A stretch of DNA of 64,000 nt from an uncultured delta proteobacterium (GTDB taxonomy: Bacteria > Desulfobacterota > Binatia > UBA9968). Both the position numbers and the translations under genes were made by a program. The notes beneath the pieces were generated by a model. It saw only the letters and a list, made by a program, of their open reading frames with translations, had not been told where the DNA came from and made no database searches. The DNA lies in NCBI GenBank assembly GCA_963745035.1, contig CAVUVW010000013.1:288001-352000 (forward strand), given 5' to 3'. Positions 1-9,058 of this stretch are shown here, piece after piece (within the stretch, counting starts at the first letter, position 1; each line of letters opens with the position of its first letter).

Positions 1-398
1 CAAATTTCGGCCTTTGTGATCGGCGGCAAAAATTCAGCTTTCTGCTCGTCGGTGCCCCAGCGGATCAGCACCGGCGCGACGATGCGCGCCAGAGTGTAGA
101 ACACATGGGACAGGTTGAGCCCGTATTTGAAGAGCTCGGTGTCGAGCACCACCTGATGATCGACCGTTAGATCGGCGCCGCCGTATTTTTTCGGATACAG
201 CGGAAACAGCCAGCCCTTGGCGCCCAATTTCTCCGCCAGCCCGCGGCGAAATTTATACTCGTCGGCGTCCTCGCGCGTCGACCACGACGCCGACCAGCGC
301 AAGTGTTCGTGGCCTTCGAACTGCTCGGCCATCCAAGCGGCAACCTCTTTTCTAAATTCCACCACCTGGGGCGGATCGGCGGATACGTTGAAATCCAT
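1..398 (-). CDS. acyl-CoA dehydrogenase family protein, N-terminal part (runs off window edge)
   Basis: Manual translation MDFNVSADPPQVVEFRKEVAAWM...KLGAKGWLFPLYPKKYGGADL...APVLIRWGTDEQKAEFLPPI matches the ACAD N-domain pattern. AAGGAG RBS upstream. Confidence 0.88.
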   Translation of the reverse strand, partial: MDFNVSADPPQVVEFRKEVAAWMAEQFEGHEHLRWSASWSTREDADEYKFRRGLAEKLGAKGWLFPLYPKKYGGADLTVDHQVVLDTELFKYGLNLSHVFYTLARIVAPVLIRWGTDEQKAEFLPPITKAEI

Positions 399-417
399 AA
401 TTTCTCTCCTTCCGGAG

Positions 418-498
418 TTTCTAGTTTCTGGTCTCTAGTTTCTAGTTTTCAGGACAGGAGGAATCAACTAGAACCTTCAAACTAGGAACTAGAAACTA
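418..498. repeat. intergenic heptamer-repeat inverted repeat (TTTCTAG-like units x5 / CTAGAAA-like units x4)
   Basis: TTTCTAG TTTCTGG TCTCTAG TTTCTAG TTTTCAG, a spacer, then CTAGAAC CTTCAAA CTAGGAA CTAGAAA. The two arms are imperfect reverse complements. Confidence 0.8.
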
Positions 499-500
499 AT

Positions 501-1682
501 CTAAATCACTCCACTCGCTCTCAACTCCTTCACTGCATCGCTGTCATAGCCCAATTTCCCCAGCACTTCCTCGGTATGTTCTCCCAACAGCGGCGCGGGG
601 CAAAAAAACTTCGGCGGCGTGTCCGACATGTTGATCGGGCTCCCAACCAGGTTGCTCTCGCCCATCTTCGCATGGCTGATCTGTTTGGGAATACCTAGAT
701 GCTTGATCTGAGGGTGGTCGAAAACTTCGGCGATGGTGTTGATCGGCGCATTGGGAATCTGATTGGCATCGAGACGAACCAGCCAATATTCGCGCGCCTT
801 CGTGCGGAACTGCGCGCGCAAGATCTTCACGATCTCTTCATGACGATCGGTACGATGCTTGTTCGAAGCGAAGCGCGGGTCTCCGACTAAACTCTCCAGC
901 TCGCCGGCTCTCAAGAAATCTTCCCAAGCCTGATTATGGGAGGAAAGATGAACCATGAAAGGTTTGCCGGCGCAGTCGAGCAGGCTGTAGATCCGGCCCT
1001 TGGGAAAATTTTCTCGCGACACCGCCTCGCCGCCGTTGAGATAATCGACAACGTGAGATTCGATGAAAGCGATCGCCACCTGCAGCAAGGACACGTCGAT
1101 GAACTGGCCGCTGCCGGTTTTCGCTCGCGCCAGAAGCGCAGCCATGATGCCGTTTGCGGCGAAAATTCCCGCCGTGTGATCGACGAAAGAAACCCCGGCG
1201 ACCTTGGGATCATCGAGATCGGTGACCAGGCTCATCATGCCGCTAAGCGCCTGGCCGATGGTATCGAAGCCCGGCTTGTCGCGGTATGGGCCGCTTTGGC
1301 CGTAGCCGGAAATCGAGCAATGGATCAATTTCGGATTGAGCTTCGCCAGATCGTCGTAATCGAGACCGAGCTTGGCTCGGGTGGGGGGACGGAAGTTTTC
1401 GAGGAAAACATCGGCCGTCGTCAGCAGCTTCAGCAAAATCTCGCCGCCTTTTTTTTGACGAAGATCGAGGGTGACGCTTTTCTTGTTGCGGTTAAGCGCG
1501 CGGAAGCTGGGTCCGTAGCCTTCGTATTTTGGGTTGCGCCCTCGGTGCGTGTCGCCGCCGTTGGGCAATTCCACTTTGATCACTTCGCAGCCAAGATCGC
1601 CCAGCAGGCTGCTCGCGTAAGGCCCGGCCACGTGGCCGCTAACGTCGATACAAAGGTAACCTTCAAGCGCTCCGGAAATCAT
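501..1682 (-). CDS. CaiB/BaiF family (class III) CoA-transferase
   Basis: GPYASSLLGDLGCEVIKVE, NRNKKSVTLDL, ENFRP, GYGQSGPY..KPGFD and APLLGEHT motifs. Confidence 0.93.
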   Translation of the reverse strand: MISGALEGYLCIDVSGHVAGPYASSLLGDLGCEVIKVELPNGGDTHRGRNPKYEGYGPSFRALNRNKKSVTLDLRQKKGGEILLKLLTTADVFLENFRPPTRAKLGLDYDDLAKLNPKLIHCSISGYGQSGPYRDKPGFDTIGQALSGMMSLVTDLDDPKVAGVSFVDHTAGIFAANGIMAALLARAKTGSGQFIDVSLLQVAIAFIESHVVDYLNGGEAVSRENFPKGRIYSLLDCAGKPFMVHLSSHNQAWEDFLRAGELESLVGDPRFASNKHRTDRHEEIVKILRAQFRTKAREYWLVRLDANQIPNAPINTIAEVFDHPQIKHLGIPKQISHAKMGESNLVGSPINMSDTPPKFFCPAPLLGEHTEEVLGKLGYDSDAVKELRASGVI

Positions 1683-1706
1683 GCGCGGGTTGAATCCTCA
1701 GATTGA

Positions 1707-2437
1707 TCATTCACTTATCGCAATCGAAATGGGTTTTCCAGCAGTGAAGGATGCCACGCCACACCGCGCGGGGCAGATGCCAACAATTGCGTGATCAGCG
1801 AGCGGCCCGACCGTATCGCCACTTCTTGCTTGGCCAAACGCCTGCCTGAATTCCATGCCCTTCTTTTCGCCCATCAGATGCAGCATATTGGCGAACCAGC
1901 AGTCTTCGTTTTTGTCCAGTACCATGCGCCGTCGCCAGCGTGGGTGAGCAGGTCTTCATAATTTTTGGGCAGCTCCTCGCGCTTGACCCTCGTCGTGTTG
2001 TACGCAGTTGCGATCAAGTTGTCGTAGAAATCGGTCCAGGAGCCGTCGGGGTCTTTGAAGCCGTCAGGATAAACCGCCGCCAACGGCGACTTGTAAGAGA
2101 TCAACAAACCTCGCTTCTGCACATGATGGGTTTCAAACTCGCCCACGCTCAGCACATCGGCGTTATAGCTGCCGGTCTTTCGTTCCACATTCAAACGACT
2201 GAAAATCCGCTCGTGCGAAGAGCGGAAAATGTCCGTTTTGATGTACGGATATTTTGTCTCGAACGCGGTGGTCAAGGCGGGCAAATTCGGTTTCCACCGA
2301 AGTGCAGAAAATTATCTTGCCTTCCTTTTTTGCGCCTTCGATGAGAGCGGTAATGCGCGGATCCGTTCGGCTGCGTGTGCGAACGCGTGCAAGACCGTCC
2401 AAACCAAGAGGGCTGCAATCGTGATTTGACGTTTCAT
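1707..2437 (-). pseudogene. extracellular solute-binding protein (Fe/thiamine ABC type), frameshifted and 3'-truncated
   Basis: Signal-like MKRQITIAALLVW, then ALIEGAKKEGK, AFETKYPYIK, AYNTTRVK..ELPKNYEDLL and MVLDKNEDCWF in different frames. The C-terminal half is missing. Confidence 0.7.
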
Positions 2438-3063
2438 AATCCACCCCTTCGAGTCGCTAGCAGCGGGGCGCCTGCCGCCAGCGCTCGCCAGTCGTGATAG
2501 CGTTGAATGCCGACAGCATCAGCTTCGGATTGATTCCAAGGCCGGTCGATCAACGCGACATTTAGTCTCATATGATCGGCGAGATAGCGCGCCATCGGCA
2601 GGGAATCCTCCACTGCCCAGCAAAAGCGACGCTCTGCCAATTCGACCAAGGAAATCGCCCTCGTGTCGTTCGTTGCGAAGCGCGAGTATTTGTCCACCAC
2701 CGTGAAAGAACTGTGCGAGATTTGATATTTGGCTAACCAGGCAAGTGAAACCTCCACGCTGTCCGGTGGTCGTCCCGTGACGATCGCGATGTCAAAGCCC
2801 TGCTCTTCCCAGCCCTTGAGCGCCGCTATCGCTTCGTCCACCGGGATCATGCTGAGTAGTTCCTCGGGCTTGTGGACGAGGCGATACAGTTCATCGCGCT
2901 CCACGGCGGATAATCCACATGAGTGACCGACATCGAAATTTTTTAGTTGTTCGTACGCGATCCTTTTCCCGAACTCGCGCTCGACAATCACGAGAAAATG
3001 GCGCGCCGCCTGGCACAGCACGTCGTCGAGATCGACGTAGATGCTTTTGCACTCCGCCGTCAT
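2434..3063 (-). CDS. HAD-superfamily 5'(3')-deoxyribonucleotidase-like (NT5C/YqfW-like) protein
   Basis: HAD motif I IYVDLDDVL, motif II IVTGRP, motif IV VEDS, and LIDRPWN. Confidence 0.8.
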   Translation of the reverse strand: MTAECKSIYVDLDDVLCQAARHFLVIVEREFGKRIAYEQLKNFDVGHSCGLSAVERDELYRLVHKPEELLSMIPVDEAIAALKGWEEQGFDIAIVTGRPPDSVEVSLAWLAKYQISHSSFTVVDKYSRFATNDTRAISLVELAERRFCWAVEDSLPMARYLADHMRLNVALIDRPWNQSEADAVGIQRYHDWRALAAGAPLLATRRGGL

Positions 3064-3076
3064 TCGCCTTGCGCCA

Positions 3077-3835
3077 TCAATCCAGGATAGCCTTCAAGCG
3101 CTGGGTCAATTCTTTTTGCAGTTTATGCGTCTGACCCGGCTGATACACTGTCGTCTTCCATTGCGCGACGTCGAAGGGAAGTTTTTCTGTGGAAGTCGAG
3201 CAGATATGCACGCAAGGTTTTTTAAGGGCATGCGCGTAGCCGGCCTCGTAGAGAACATTCGGCTTGGACTCCGACAGGTCGACGATCACGGCGACCGATT
3301 TGCGGATCATGCGGTGAATCTCCTCGACCACGTTGCCCTGAAACTCACGCCGGTCCACCCGATCGCACACCGCCCCAACCTGCTCGGCGGCATAGCTCAT
3401 CGCGACGAAGAAAACGTCTTCGTATTGCGGCGCGAACGGCATGGCGGCGAAGATCAACCTTTCAACCTTCGTGGTTTCCGCCGGGTGCGTGCGCGTTTTC
3501 GCGGTTTCGATCTCGGCCTGTATCGCAGGCACGAGCCCGTCGACGCTCACGACGCCTTTCGCCGGCAGGTTCCGCTTGAGCCCGGGGATGACGACGAACG
3601 CGCCATCCACCTTGGCCGCTTCTTGATAGAATTGGGCCTGGCGGCTCGCCTCGGTCGTCAGGCCGGGAAAATCCCATCGCCGCGTTTCGACGATGAACTG
3701 GCGACCGTCCGGCGCATAGACGATGAAATCCGGCGCCAATCCGCCGATGGCCTTTTCCGTTACGAACTTAAGGCCGGCTTCACGCAGCCGCTCCGCGACG
3801 ATGTCTTCGATTTCCTTTTCAGGTTGGTCAGCCAT
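3077..3835 (-). CDS. fusion of a PD-(D/E)xK nuclease-like N-domain and a nucleoside 2-deoxyribosyltransferase (NDT)-like C-domain
   Basis: N-term APDFIVYAPDGRQFIVETR. C-term IFAAMPF, RVDRREFQGNVVEEI, IVDLSESKPNVLYEAGYAHALKKP and LPFDV. Confidence 0.75.
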   Translation of the reverse strand: MADQPEKEIEDIVAERLREAGLKFVTEKAIGGLAPDFIVYAPDGRQFIVETRRWDFPGLTTEASRQAQFYQEAAKVDGAFVVIPGLKRNLPAKGVVSVDGLVPAIQAEIETAKTRTHPAETTKVERLIFAAMPFAPQYEDVFFVAMSYAAEQVGAVCDRVDRREFQGNVVEEIHRMIRKSVAVIVDLSESKPNVLYEAGYAHALKKPCVHICSTSTEKLPFDVAQWKTTVYQPGQTHKLQKELTQRLKAILD

Positions 3836-3856
3836 GAAAGTTCGAGTTTAGCACGA

Positions 3857-4339
3857 TTAAGGCCGCCGGATGATAAGACTGATCCGACCGGTGGTGCCGT
3901 CGATTTCCAAATGCGCCGACTGCAGAAATCTTCTTCCCAGTATCCCGATCACCTGTGCATCGTTCTCACGGCTCTTTTCCGCCAGCGCGGGCACCGCAAC
4001 GCATTCCATCACTTGTTCAAATAGGCAGGACTTGCCGTCGACATCCTTTGCCGGCAATACCAACTTCGCCATGTATTGGCGGAGCGAGCCATAGCCATGA
4101 ATGCCATGAATTTCCCGCATACCGCGGTCCGCGAGATGCAGCTCCGTGGCAACATCGAGATCGATCATCGCTCCGTAGGCCCCGGTATCGAGCAAAAACT
4201 CCCCGGGCATTCGCCGGCCCAGCTCATCGTCATGCCGGCTCCATGAACCGGGAATCAGCGGCCCGACACTCTCCAGCCGAGCCGAACTCGATTCAACAGT
4301 GATATGCCATTGTCGATTGCCCATCTGCGGATCTGCCAT
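3857..4339 (-). CDS. retropepsin-like (clan AA) aspartic protease
   Basis: FLLDTGA catalytic motif, flap-like IHGIHG, C-terminal GILGRRFL. Confidence 0.82.
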   Translation of the reverse strand: MADPQMGNRQWHITVESSSARLESVGPLIPGSWSRHDDELGRRMPGEFLLDTGAYGAMIDLDVATELHLADRGMREIHGIHGYGSLRQYMAKLVLPAKDVDGKSCLFEQVMECVAVPALAEKSRENDAQVIGILGRRFLQSAHLEIDGTTGRISLIIRRP

Positions 4340-4381
4340 TGGAGCATCAAATAGAAATGAACGGGTGCGTCCGAAGCCACT

Positions 4382-4963
4382 TTACAATTTCGAGATAAAC
4401 TCGCTCCCACGGACCAAAAACCGATAAGGCTTACTTTTCCATTTTCCCGCGTAGTCGACACCGATACGCGGCGTAGCTTGAAACTTTGGAATCGGCTCGC
4501 CGCGATCTTCAACGTAAAGGACATTGCCGCGCAGATCGGCGCCGTTGAGCGACCGATCGACCGCGAAAGCCTGGCAGAGTTTTCCCGGTCCGCTGGCGAG
4601 ATTGCGCAAAGCGCCGTTTTGCCGCCGCTCTTTCATCAATTCGATTCCGTCCACCGGCTCGACCGCGCGAATCAGAACAGCCGCAGGATAATCCTTTGCC
4701 TCCGTCACTAGATTGAGCATGTTGTAAAAACCATAAATAAAATACACATAGGCATGACCCGCCGGCCCGAACATCACTTCTGTGCGCGCCGTGCGGCCTT
4801 TGGATGCGTGGCACGCGAGATCCTGCGGTCCGACGTAAGCCTCGGTTTCGACAATGCGCCCCACCGCGCCGCCTTCGGGATGTTTTCGTACCAGATACTT
4901 TCCCAAAAGCTGCTTAGCGACGTCGATCGTATTTTGTTCGTAAAAGGAGCGCGGAAGTTTCAC
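4382..4963 (-). CDS. mpg: DNA-3-methyladenine glycosylase (MPG/AAG family)
   Basis: GRIVETEAY, DLACHA, MFGPAGHAYVYFIYG, AVLIRAVEP, SGPGKLCQA and TPRIG motifs. Likely GTG start at 4963. Confidence 0.93.
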   Translation of the reverse strand: MKLPRSFYEQNTIDVAKQLLGKYLVRKHPEGGAVGRIVETEAYVGPQDLACHASKGRTARTEVMFGPAGHAYVYFIYGFYNMLNLVTEAKDYPAAVLIRAVEPVDGIELMKERRQNGALRNLASGPGKLCQAFAVDRSLNGADLRGNVLYVEDRGEPIPKFQATPRIGVDYAGKWKSKPYRFLVRGSEFISKL

Positions 4964-5001
4964 GGGAGCGGCGAGAAAATTGGAGGCGTTTCTTTCCGGA
5001 A

Positions 5002-5034
5002 TCTGACCTCTGACCACCGACTTCTGACATCTAG
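5002..5034. repeat. heptamer tandem repeat (TCTGACC-like units x4-5)
   Basis: TCTGACC TCTGACC ACCGACT TCTGACA TCTAG between the GFA stop and the mpg start. Confidence 0.65.
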
Positions 5035-5035
5035 C

Positions 5036-5422
5036 TCATTCCGCCTGCGGTAATCCGTCCTTGATCTCCACCCACGGAGCTCTCGAACTTACATGCGTAT
5101 GTTTGGAAATCTTCACGCCAGGATCGCTGTCCAAAGTCCCGGGCCGAAAACGGAGGCGTTCCGGATCTTTATCTTTCTTTTTTACAATCGGCGACCCGCA
5201 TCTCCCACAGAAAACGCGGTGATTGCCGGGCGAAGATTCCCACTCCTTGAGTAGCTCTTCTCCGGCGACAAACCGGAACGAAGCCGCGGGAATCGTCGCC
5301 CCGCTCGAAAACGCCGATCCCGACATTTTCCGGCACAGGCTGCAGTGGCAATTGGTCACCGCGCCCAACTCGCCGTCGATCTCATATTTTACGCCACCGC
5401 ATAAGCATGATCCTTTTAACAT
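5036..5422 (-). CDS. GFA/CENP-V family zinc-binding protein
   Basis: GSCLCG, CHCSLCRK and FCGRCGS motifs. Confidence 0.92.
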   Translation of the reverse strand: MLKGSCLCGGVKYEIDGELGAVTNCHCSLCRKMSGSAFSSGATIPAASFRFVAGEELLKEWESSPGNHRVFCGRCGSPIVKKKDKDPERLRFRPGTLDSDPGVKISKHTHVSSRAPWVEIKDGLPQAE

Positions 5423-5456
5423 CGAGCCTCCATTTTGACCCGTATAGAAACCTTTC

Positions 5457-6413
5457 TTACTTGATCTCCTTCACCAGACTCCAATCCACCAGTTGGCTCA
5501 GCGGAATATCCTTGGTGATCTTGAGGCGCTCTTTGGTCAACTGCACGTCGAGCTGCACGCCTTTGTCGGAGATCATGCCGTCGTTGGTGAAAGAGTTGAT
5601 CGACGCGTCATAAGCTCGGGCCGATTGCGCCGGTGTGATGCGCAGGTAATCCGACAGCATCTGGATCGTTTCGGCGCGATTTTGTTTCATGAAACGCGAC
5701 CCGCGCACACCGGCGCGGACCACCCGTCTCACTTGATCGCGCTGCTTCTGGAGCTTGGTTTCCATGACGGCGATGCCCGAGAGCGGCAGCTCGATGAGAT
5801 CGCCTAAATAAACCAACCGGCGAAAGCCCTCGTCTTCAGCTTTGACCGCAAAGGCGACGTCGATCGGAGTGGCATCGATGGCGCCCGAGTGCAGCGCCAA
5901 GAGCCGCGTCGGACTCTCGCCGGTCACGATGATGGTTACATCTTTCTCCGGTTCCAGGCCGAAATGGCGCACGGCCACCCGGGACAGATAATCCACCGTG
6001 CCCGCCACCGAGTCCACGCCGATGACTTTTCCCTTGAGGTCCTTGGGCGTCTTGATTTCGGGCCGGGCAATCAGCACGTGAAGCGGTCGCCCGGCAAACC
6101 CAACTACCGCTTTCATCGGCACTCCCGTCACCGCGGCGCGCAAGGCCGATCCCCAGGCGAGCAGATAATCGACGTCGCCCGACATGAGCGCTTTCACGCC
6201 GAGCGCGGGCTGCATCTGCACCTTGTCGACGTCGAGACCTTCCTCTTTAAAAAATTGCTTCCGCATGGCGACGACGACCGGAAACTCGAAAAGCCCGCGG
6301 CTCGGCGTCGCGATGGTGATCCGTTCAGCACAAACCCACGATGGTGAACCCAGGAGCGCGACTAGCCCGGACAGGAGAATCGAACAGATGGCGCGACAGC
6401 AAAGCGCTTTCAT
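5457..6413 (-). CDS. NitT/TauT (SsuA/THI5-like) ABC substrate-binding protein
   Basis: Signal peptide, FFKEEGLDV, ALMSGDVD, DLKGKVIGV and ALHSGAIDA. Confidence 0.88.
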   Translation of the reverse strand: MKALCCRAICSILLSGLVALLGSPSWVCAERITIATPSRGLFEFPVVVAMRKQFFKEEGLDVDKVQMQPALGVKALMSGDVDYLLAWGSALRAAVTGVPMKAVVGFAGRPLHVLIARPEIKTPKDLKGKVIGVDSVAGTVDYLSRVAVRHFGLEPEKDVTIIVTGESPTRLLALHSGAIDATPIDVAFAVKAEDEGFRRLVYLGDLIELPLSGIAVMETKLQKQRDQVRRVVRAGVRGSRFMKQNRAETIQMLSDYLRITPAQSARAYDASINSFTNDGMISDKGVQLDVQLTKERLKITKDIPLSQLVDWSLVKEIK

Positions 6414-6425
6414 CGTCTGGTCCCT

Positions 6426-7250
6426 CTATTCCAGCCTGACGTTTTTGCTGAAATCATAGCTCTTGGAATAAGTGCTTTCATAGGTGCAACCGATCCGCTC
6501 TTCGTCCCAGCCGCCGGCAAAGCATTTTTTCAGAAACGACATCATCAAAGCCCACGCGTCCTTCGCCGCTTCCTTGCGATAGCGTCCCGGCATGGTGTCG
6601 TTGAGCCAACCGTGTGGCGCCCCGGCATAGATACGAATGTGGCAATTCTTCTTGGCTTTTTCCAAGGCGTTGCGGAAACGCGCGACGTCATCGATAGAGA
6701 TAATATGATCCGCTTCGCCAAAGACGCCGAGCACCGGGCAATTCACTTGCGCGATCAGCTCTTCGATCGGCGTCGGACGGAGCTCGTTGCCGAGCCATTC
6801 TTTGCCGCCGATGGCGCCGTACAGCACCACCGCTCCGGCGATATCATTGCGCTTCGCCGCCAGCAGCACCGGCTGACGCCCGGTCTGGCAAACACCGATG
6901 ATGCCGATGCGGCTGCCGTCCACTTCTTTGCTCTTCTTCAAATACTCCACGGCCGCGTTGAGATCCTCCAGCGCGCCGTCGTCGGTCAGATCGACTCTTT
7001 GCTCGCCGCGCAGCACGGCAGCCCGATCGCCGGTGAAACGATGAAACAGATCGGGCGCTAAACCGACAAATCCCGCTTGGGCCAATTTGACGGTGAGATC
7101 CTTGGTATGTTGGTCGATACCGTAGCGCTCGTGCAGGATGATTACGGCAGGCCGCTTGCCTTTGGCTTTGGGCAAAGCGCGGACGGCGCTGATGCCGTCG
7201 CCGAATTTGATCATCTTCGCTGCTATGCCACTCGACTTCTTTGCCGCCAT
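6426..7250 (-). CDS. dienelactone hydrolase family protein
   Basis: ILHERYGI, APDLF, nucleophile elbow GIIGVCQTG, FGEADH and YAGAPHGW. GGGAGG RBS before ATG 7250. Confidence 0.9.
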   Translation of the reverse strand: MAAKKSSGIAAKMIKFGDGISAVRALPKAKGKRPAVIILHERYGIDQHTKDLTVKLAQAGFVGLAPDLFHRFTGDRAAVLRGEQRVDLTDDGALEDLNAAVEYLKKSKEVDGSRIGIIGVCQTGRQPVLLAAKRNDIAGAVVLYGAIGGKEWLGNELRPTPIEELIAQVNCPVLGVFGEADHIISIDDVARFRNALEKAKKNCHIRIYAGAPHGWLNDTMPGRYRKEAAKDAWALMMSFLKKCFAGGWDEERIGCTYESTYSKSYDFSKNVRLE

Positions 7251-7334
7251 CACGCCTCCCTGTGAAACTCGATCGCAAAATTGCGCCAAGCTTATCCTCG
7301 CCTCAATAAACGAGTCAAGGCGAAGCGGTTGAAC

Positions 7335-7363
7335 TTGTCTCGAAGCTATTCGAGACGTATAGT
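7335..7363 (+). promoter_or_regulatory. sigma70-type promoter (TTGTCT-17-TATAGT) containing an 8-bp inverted repeat; probably leaderless
   Basis: TTGTCT at 7335-7340 and TATAGT at 7358-7363, with ATG 7 nt downstream. Palindrome GTCTCGAA-gcta-TTCGAGAC at 7337-7356. Confidence 0.55.
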
Positions 7364-7370
7364 CCGCACC

Positions 7371-7688
7371 ATGAACCTAAAAGACGGATCGAGCGTGGTG
7401 GCGGATCTAACCACCATCGGGAGGAAAACCGGAGCGCCTCGGGCGGTCGAGCTGCGCTTCCTCTATTTAAACGGAAACTTTTACGCCACGTCGAGCAAGG
7501 TCGAGGGCAAGCACTGGTGCCAGAACATGATCAAGAATCCCGCCGTCGAGATCAAAGCGAGAGACGAGAAATTTTCGTGCACGGCCAAGCAGGTAACCGA
7601 CGAAGCGCTGCGCCGGCAGATTCTGAGCCTGCGCGACTCGCCGCCGCAGCTTGACCGAGTCGTGTTCGAAATCAAACCGCGAAACTGA
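7371..7688 (+). CDS. deazaflavin (F420)-dependent nitroreductase-like (DDN/split-barrel) protein
   Basis: LTTIGRKTGAPR and WCQNMIKNPAVEI motifs. Confidence 0.75.
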   Translation: MNLKDGSSVVADLTTIGRKTGAPRAVELRFLYLNGNFYATSSKVEGKHWCQNMIKNPAVEIKARDEKFSCTAKQVTDEALRRQILSLRDSPPQLDRVVFEIKPRN

Positions 7689-7875
7689 AGCCGCGAACGG
7701 GAGTCTCCCGATCGCTTTGCGCCTCTGACAATATGAGCACGGCCGCGACAATCAGGGCCGCGACGATGCCGTCCCTCACGTCACCACTTACGTCCCTCTC
7801 AGCGGGTGAAAAAGAACGCTTGGTAGTTTGGATGAGCCGACCTGCAAGTCCGCCGGGAACAAGAGCCGGAAATCC

Positions 7876-8091
7876 CTACTTCTTGGTCTCTTCCTTGGCT
7901 TCGGCCGCCTTCTTTTCCACGGTCTCAACGCCCTTGACCATGCCTTCCATCATGCTTCTTTCTTTTTGCATGCCTTCTTGCATCGCCTTTTGCGCTTCCG
8001 CCGCTCTCTCGGCCGAATCCTTTTTGTCGCCGCAGGCGCAAATAGCCACAGCTATGGCGATCGCCAACGACAACTGTGCAAACGTTTTCAT
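7876..8091 (-). CDS. small predicted lipoprotein (helical, Met/Lys/Glu-rich)
   Basis: MKTFAQLSLAIAIAVAICAC lipobox-like signal. AGG/GGTGA RBS region upstream. Confidence 0.65.
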   Translation of the reverse strand: MKTFAQLSLAIAIAVAICACGDKKDSAERAAEAQKAMQEGMQKERSMMEGMVKGVETVEKKAAEAKEETKK

Positions 8092-8210
8092 CCTTCACCC
8101 CCTGTTGTTCTATTCTAGTTAACAGAAATGTACCCGACCTGCCAATCGCGCCGACTCCGAACGATTCTCGTTTTTCCTTTCCGTCCTCGTTTGCTATCCT
8201 GAAGGCAATC

Positions 8211-9041
8211 ATGGTCACACGTTTGTCGGCACTCGGTGTGCTCCTTGCGCTGCTCTATTCTGCCGGGCAAGTCTCCTCACAGGCCACGAAGAAGGCGAAT
8301 CTCGGCGCTTCACTGGCGATTACCGAATCGGGCGCCTGGAAGCCGATTCAGCGCGGCGTCGAGTTCCGCACGATGACCATGCAGCGGATTGATCCTGCTT
8401 ACGCGATGGAACTGAAGCTGCTTCGTTTCGACGGTCGGTTCATCGTCCCACGAGTTCTTTATGCCGGCCAATTCCAACTGAAGTCCGCAAATGCAAAACT
8501 TTTTGCGGAGAAAGCCGGCGCCGTCGCGGCGATCAACGCTAATTACTTCGACGAGAAAGGCCGGCCGCTGGCGTATCTCAAAACCGCCGAGAAAGAAATC
8601 AACCGGGCAGTTTCCAAACACGGTCTTTACACCGGTGTCTTTGGTTTAGGCGAGTCGGGGCCCTTTGTCACCCATCGAGATGAATTTCAGCCGGCTCAAA
8701 CCGGCGAAGCGCTGCAATCGGGGCCCTTGCTATTGCATCGCAGCGCGTCCGTGGAGGTTTTGAGCGGTCTAGGGCGCTACGCGCGCCGCAGCGTCGTCGG
8801 CATGGATAAAGAAGGGCGCATGCTGATCGGCGTCAGCGACGGGGTGATCGGCGGGCTGAACTTTGCCGAGCTGCAAGAGATGTTCATGCAGCCCAAGTGG
8901 CAAATGGAAGCGACGGAGTTGCTCAATCTCGACGGCGGCGGTTCCGCGCAGCTCTACGTCAAATCGGGCAAGTTCGAAGAATGGCTGCCCGGCACCTCGG
9001 ACGTCCCGGTCGCCATCGGCTTCTTCGCCAAATCGAACTGA
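8211..9041 (+). CDS. phosphodiester glycosidase (NAGPA) family exported protein
   Basis: Signal peptide, AAINANYF, SGPLLL, RRSVVG and LNLDGGGS motifs. Confidence 0.88.
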   Translation: MVTRLSALGVLLALLYSAGQVSSQATKKANLGASLAITESGAWKPIQRGVEFRTMTMQRIDPAYAMELKLLRFDGRFIVPRVLYAGQFQLKSANAKLFAEKAGAVAAINANYFDEKGRPLAYLKTAEKEINRAVSKHGLYTGVFGLGESGPFVTHRDEFQPAQTGEALQSGPLLLHRSASVEVLSGLGRYARRSVVGMDKEGRMLIGVSDGVIGGLNFAELQEMFMQPKWQMEATELLNLDGGGSAQLYVKSGKFEEWLPGTSDVPVAIGFFAKSN

Positions 9042-9058
9042 TCTGGCCGGTTAGAACT

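Noticed and set aside
7733-7870. Possible degenerate REP or ORF between the DDN-like gene and the small lipoprotein
   Set aside because: No convincing stem or coding signal.
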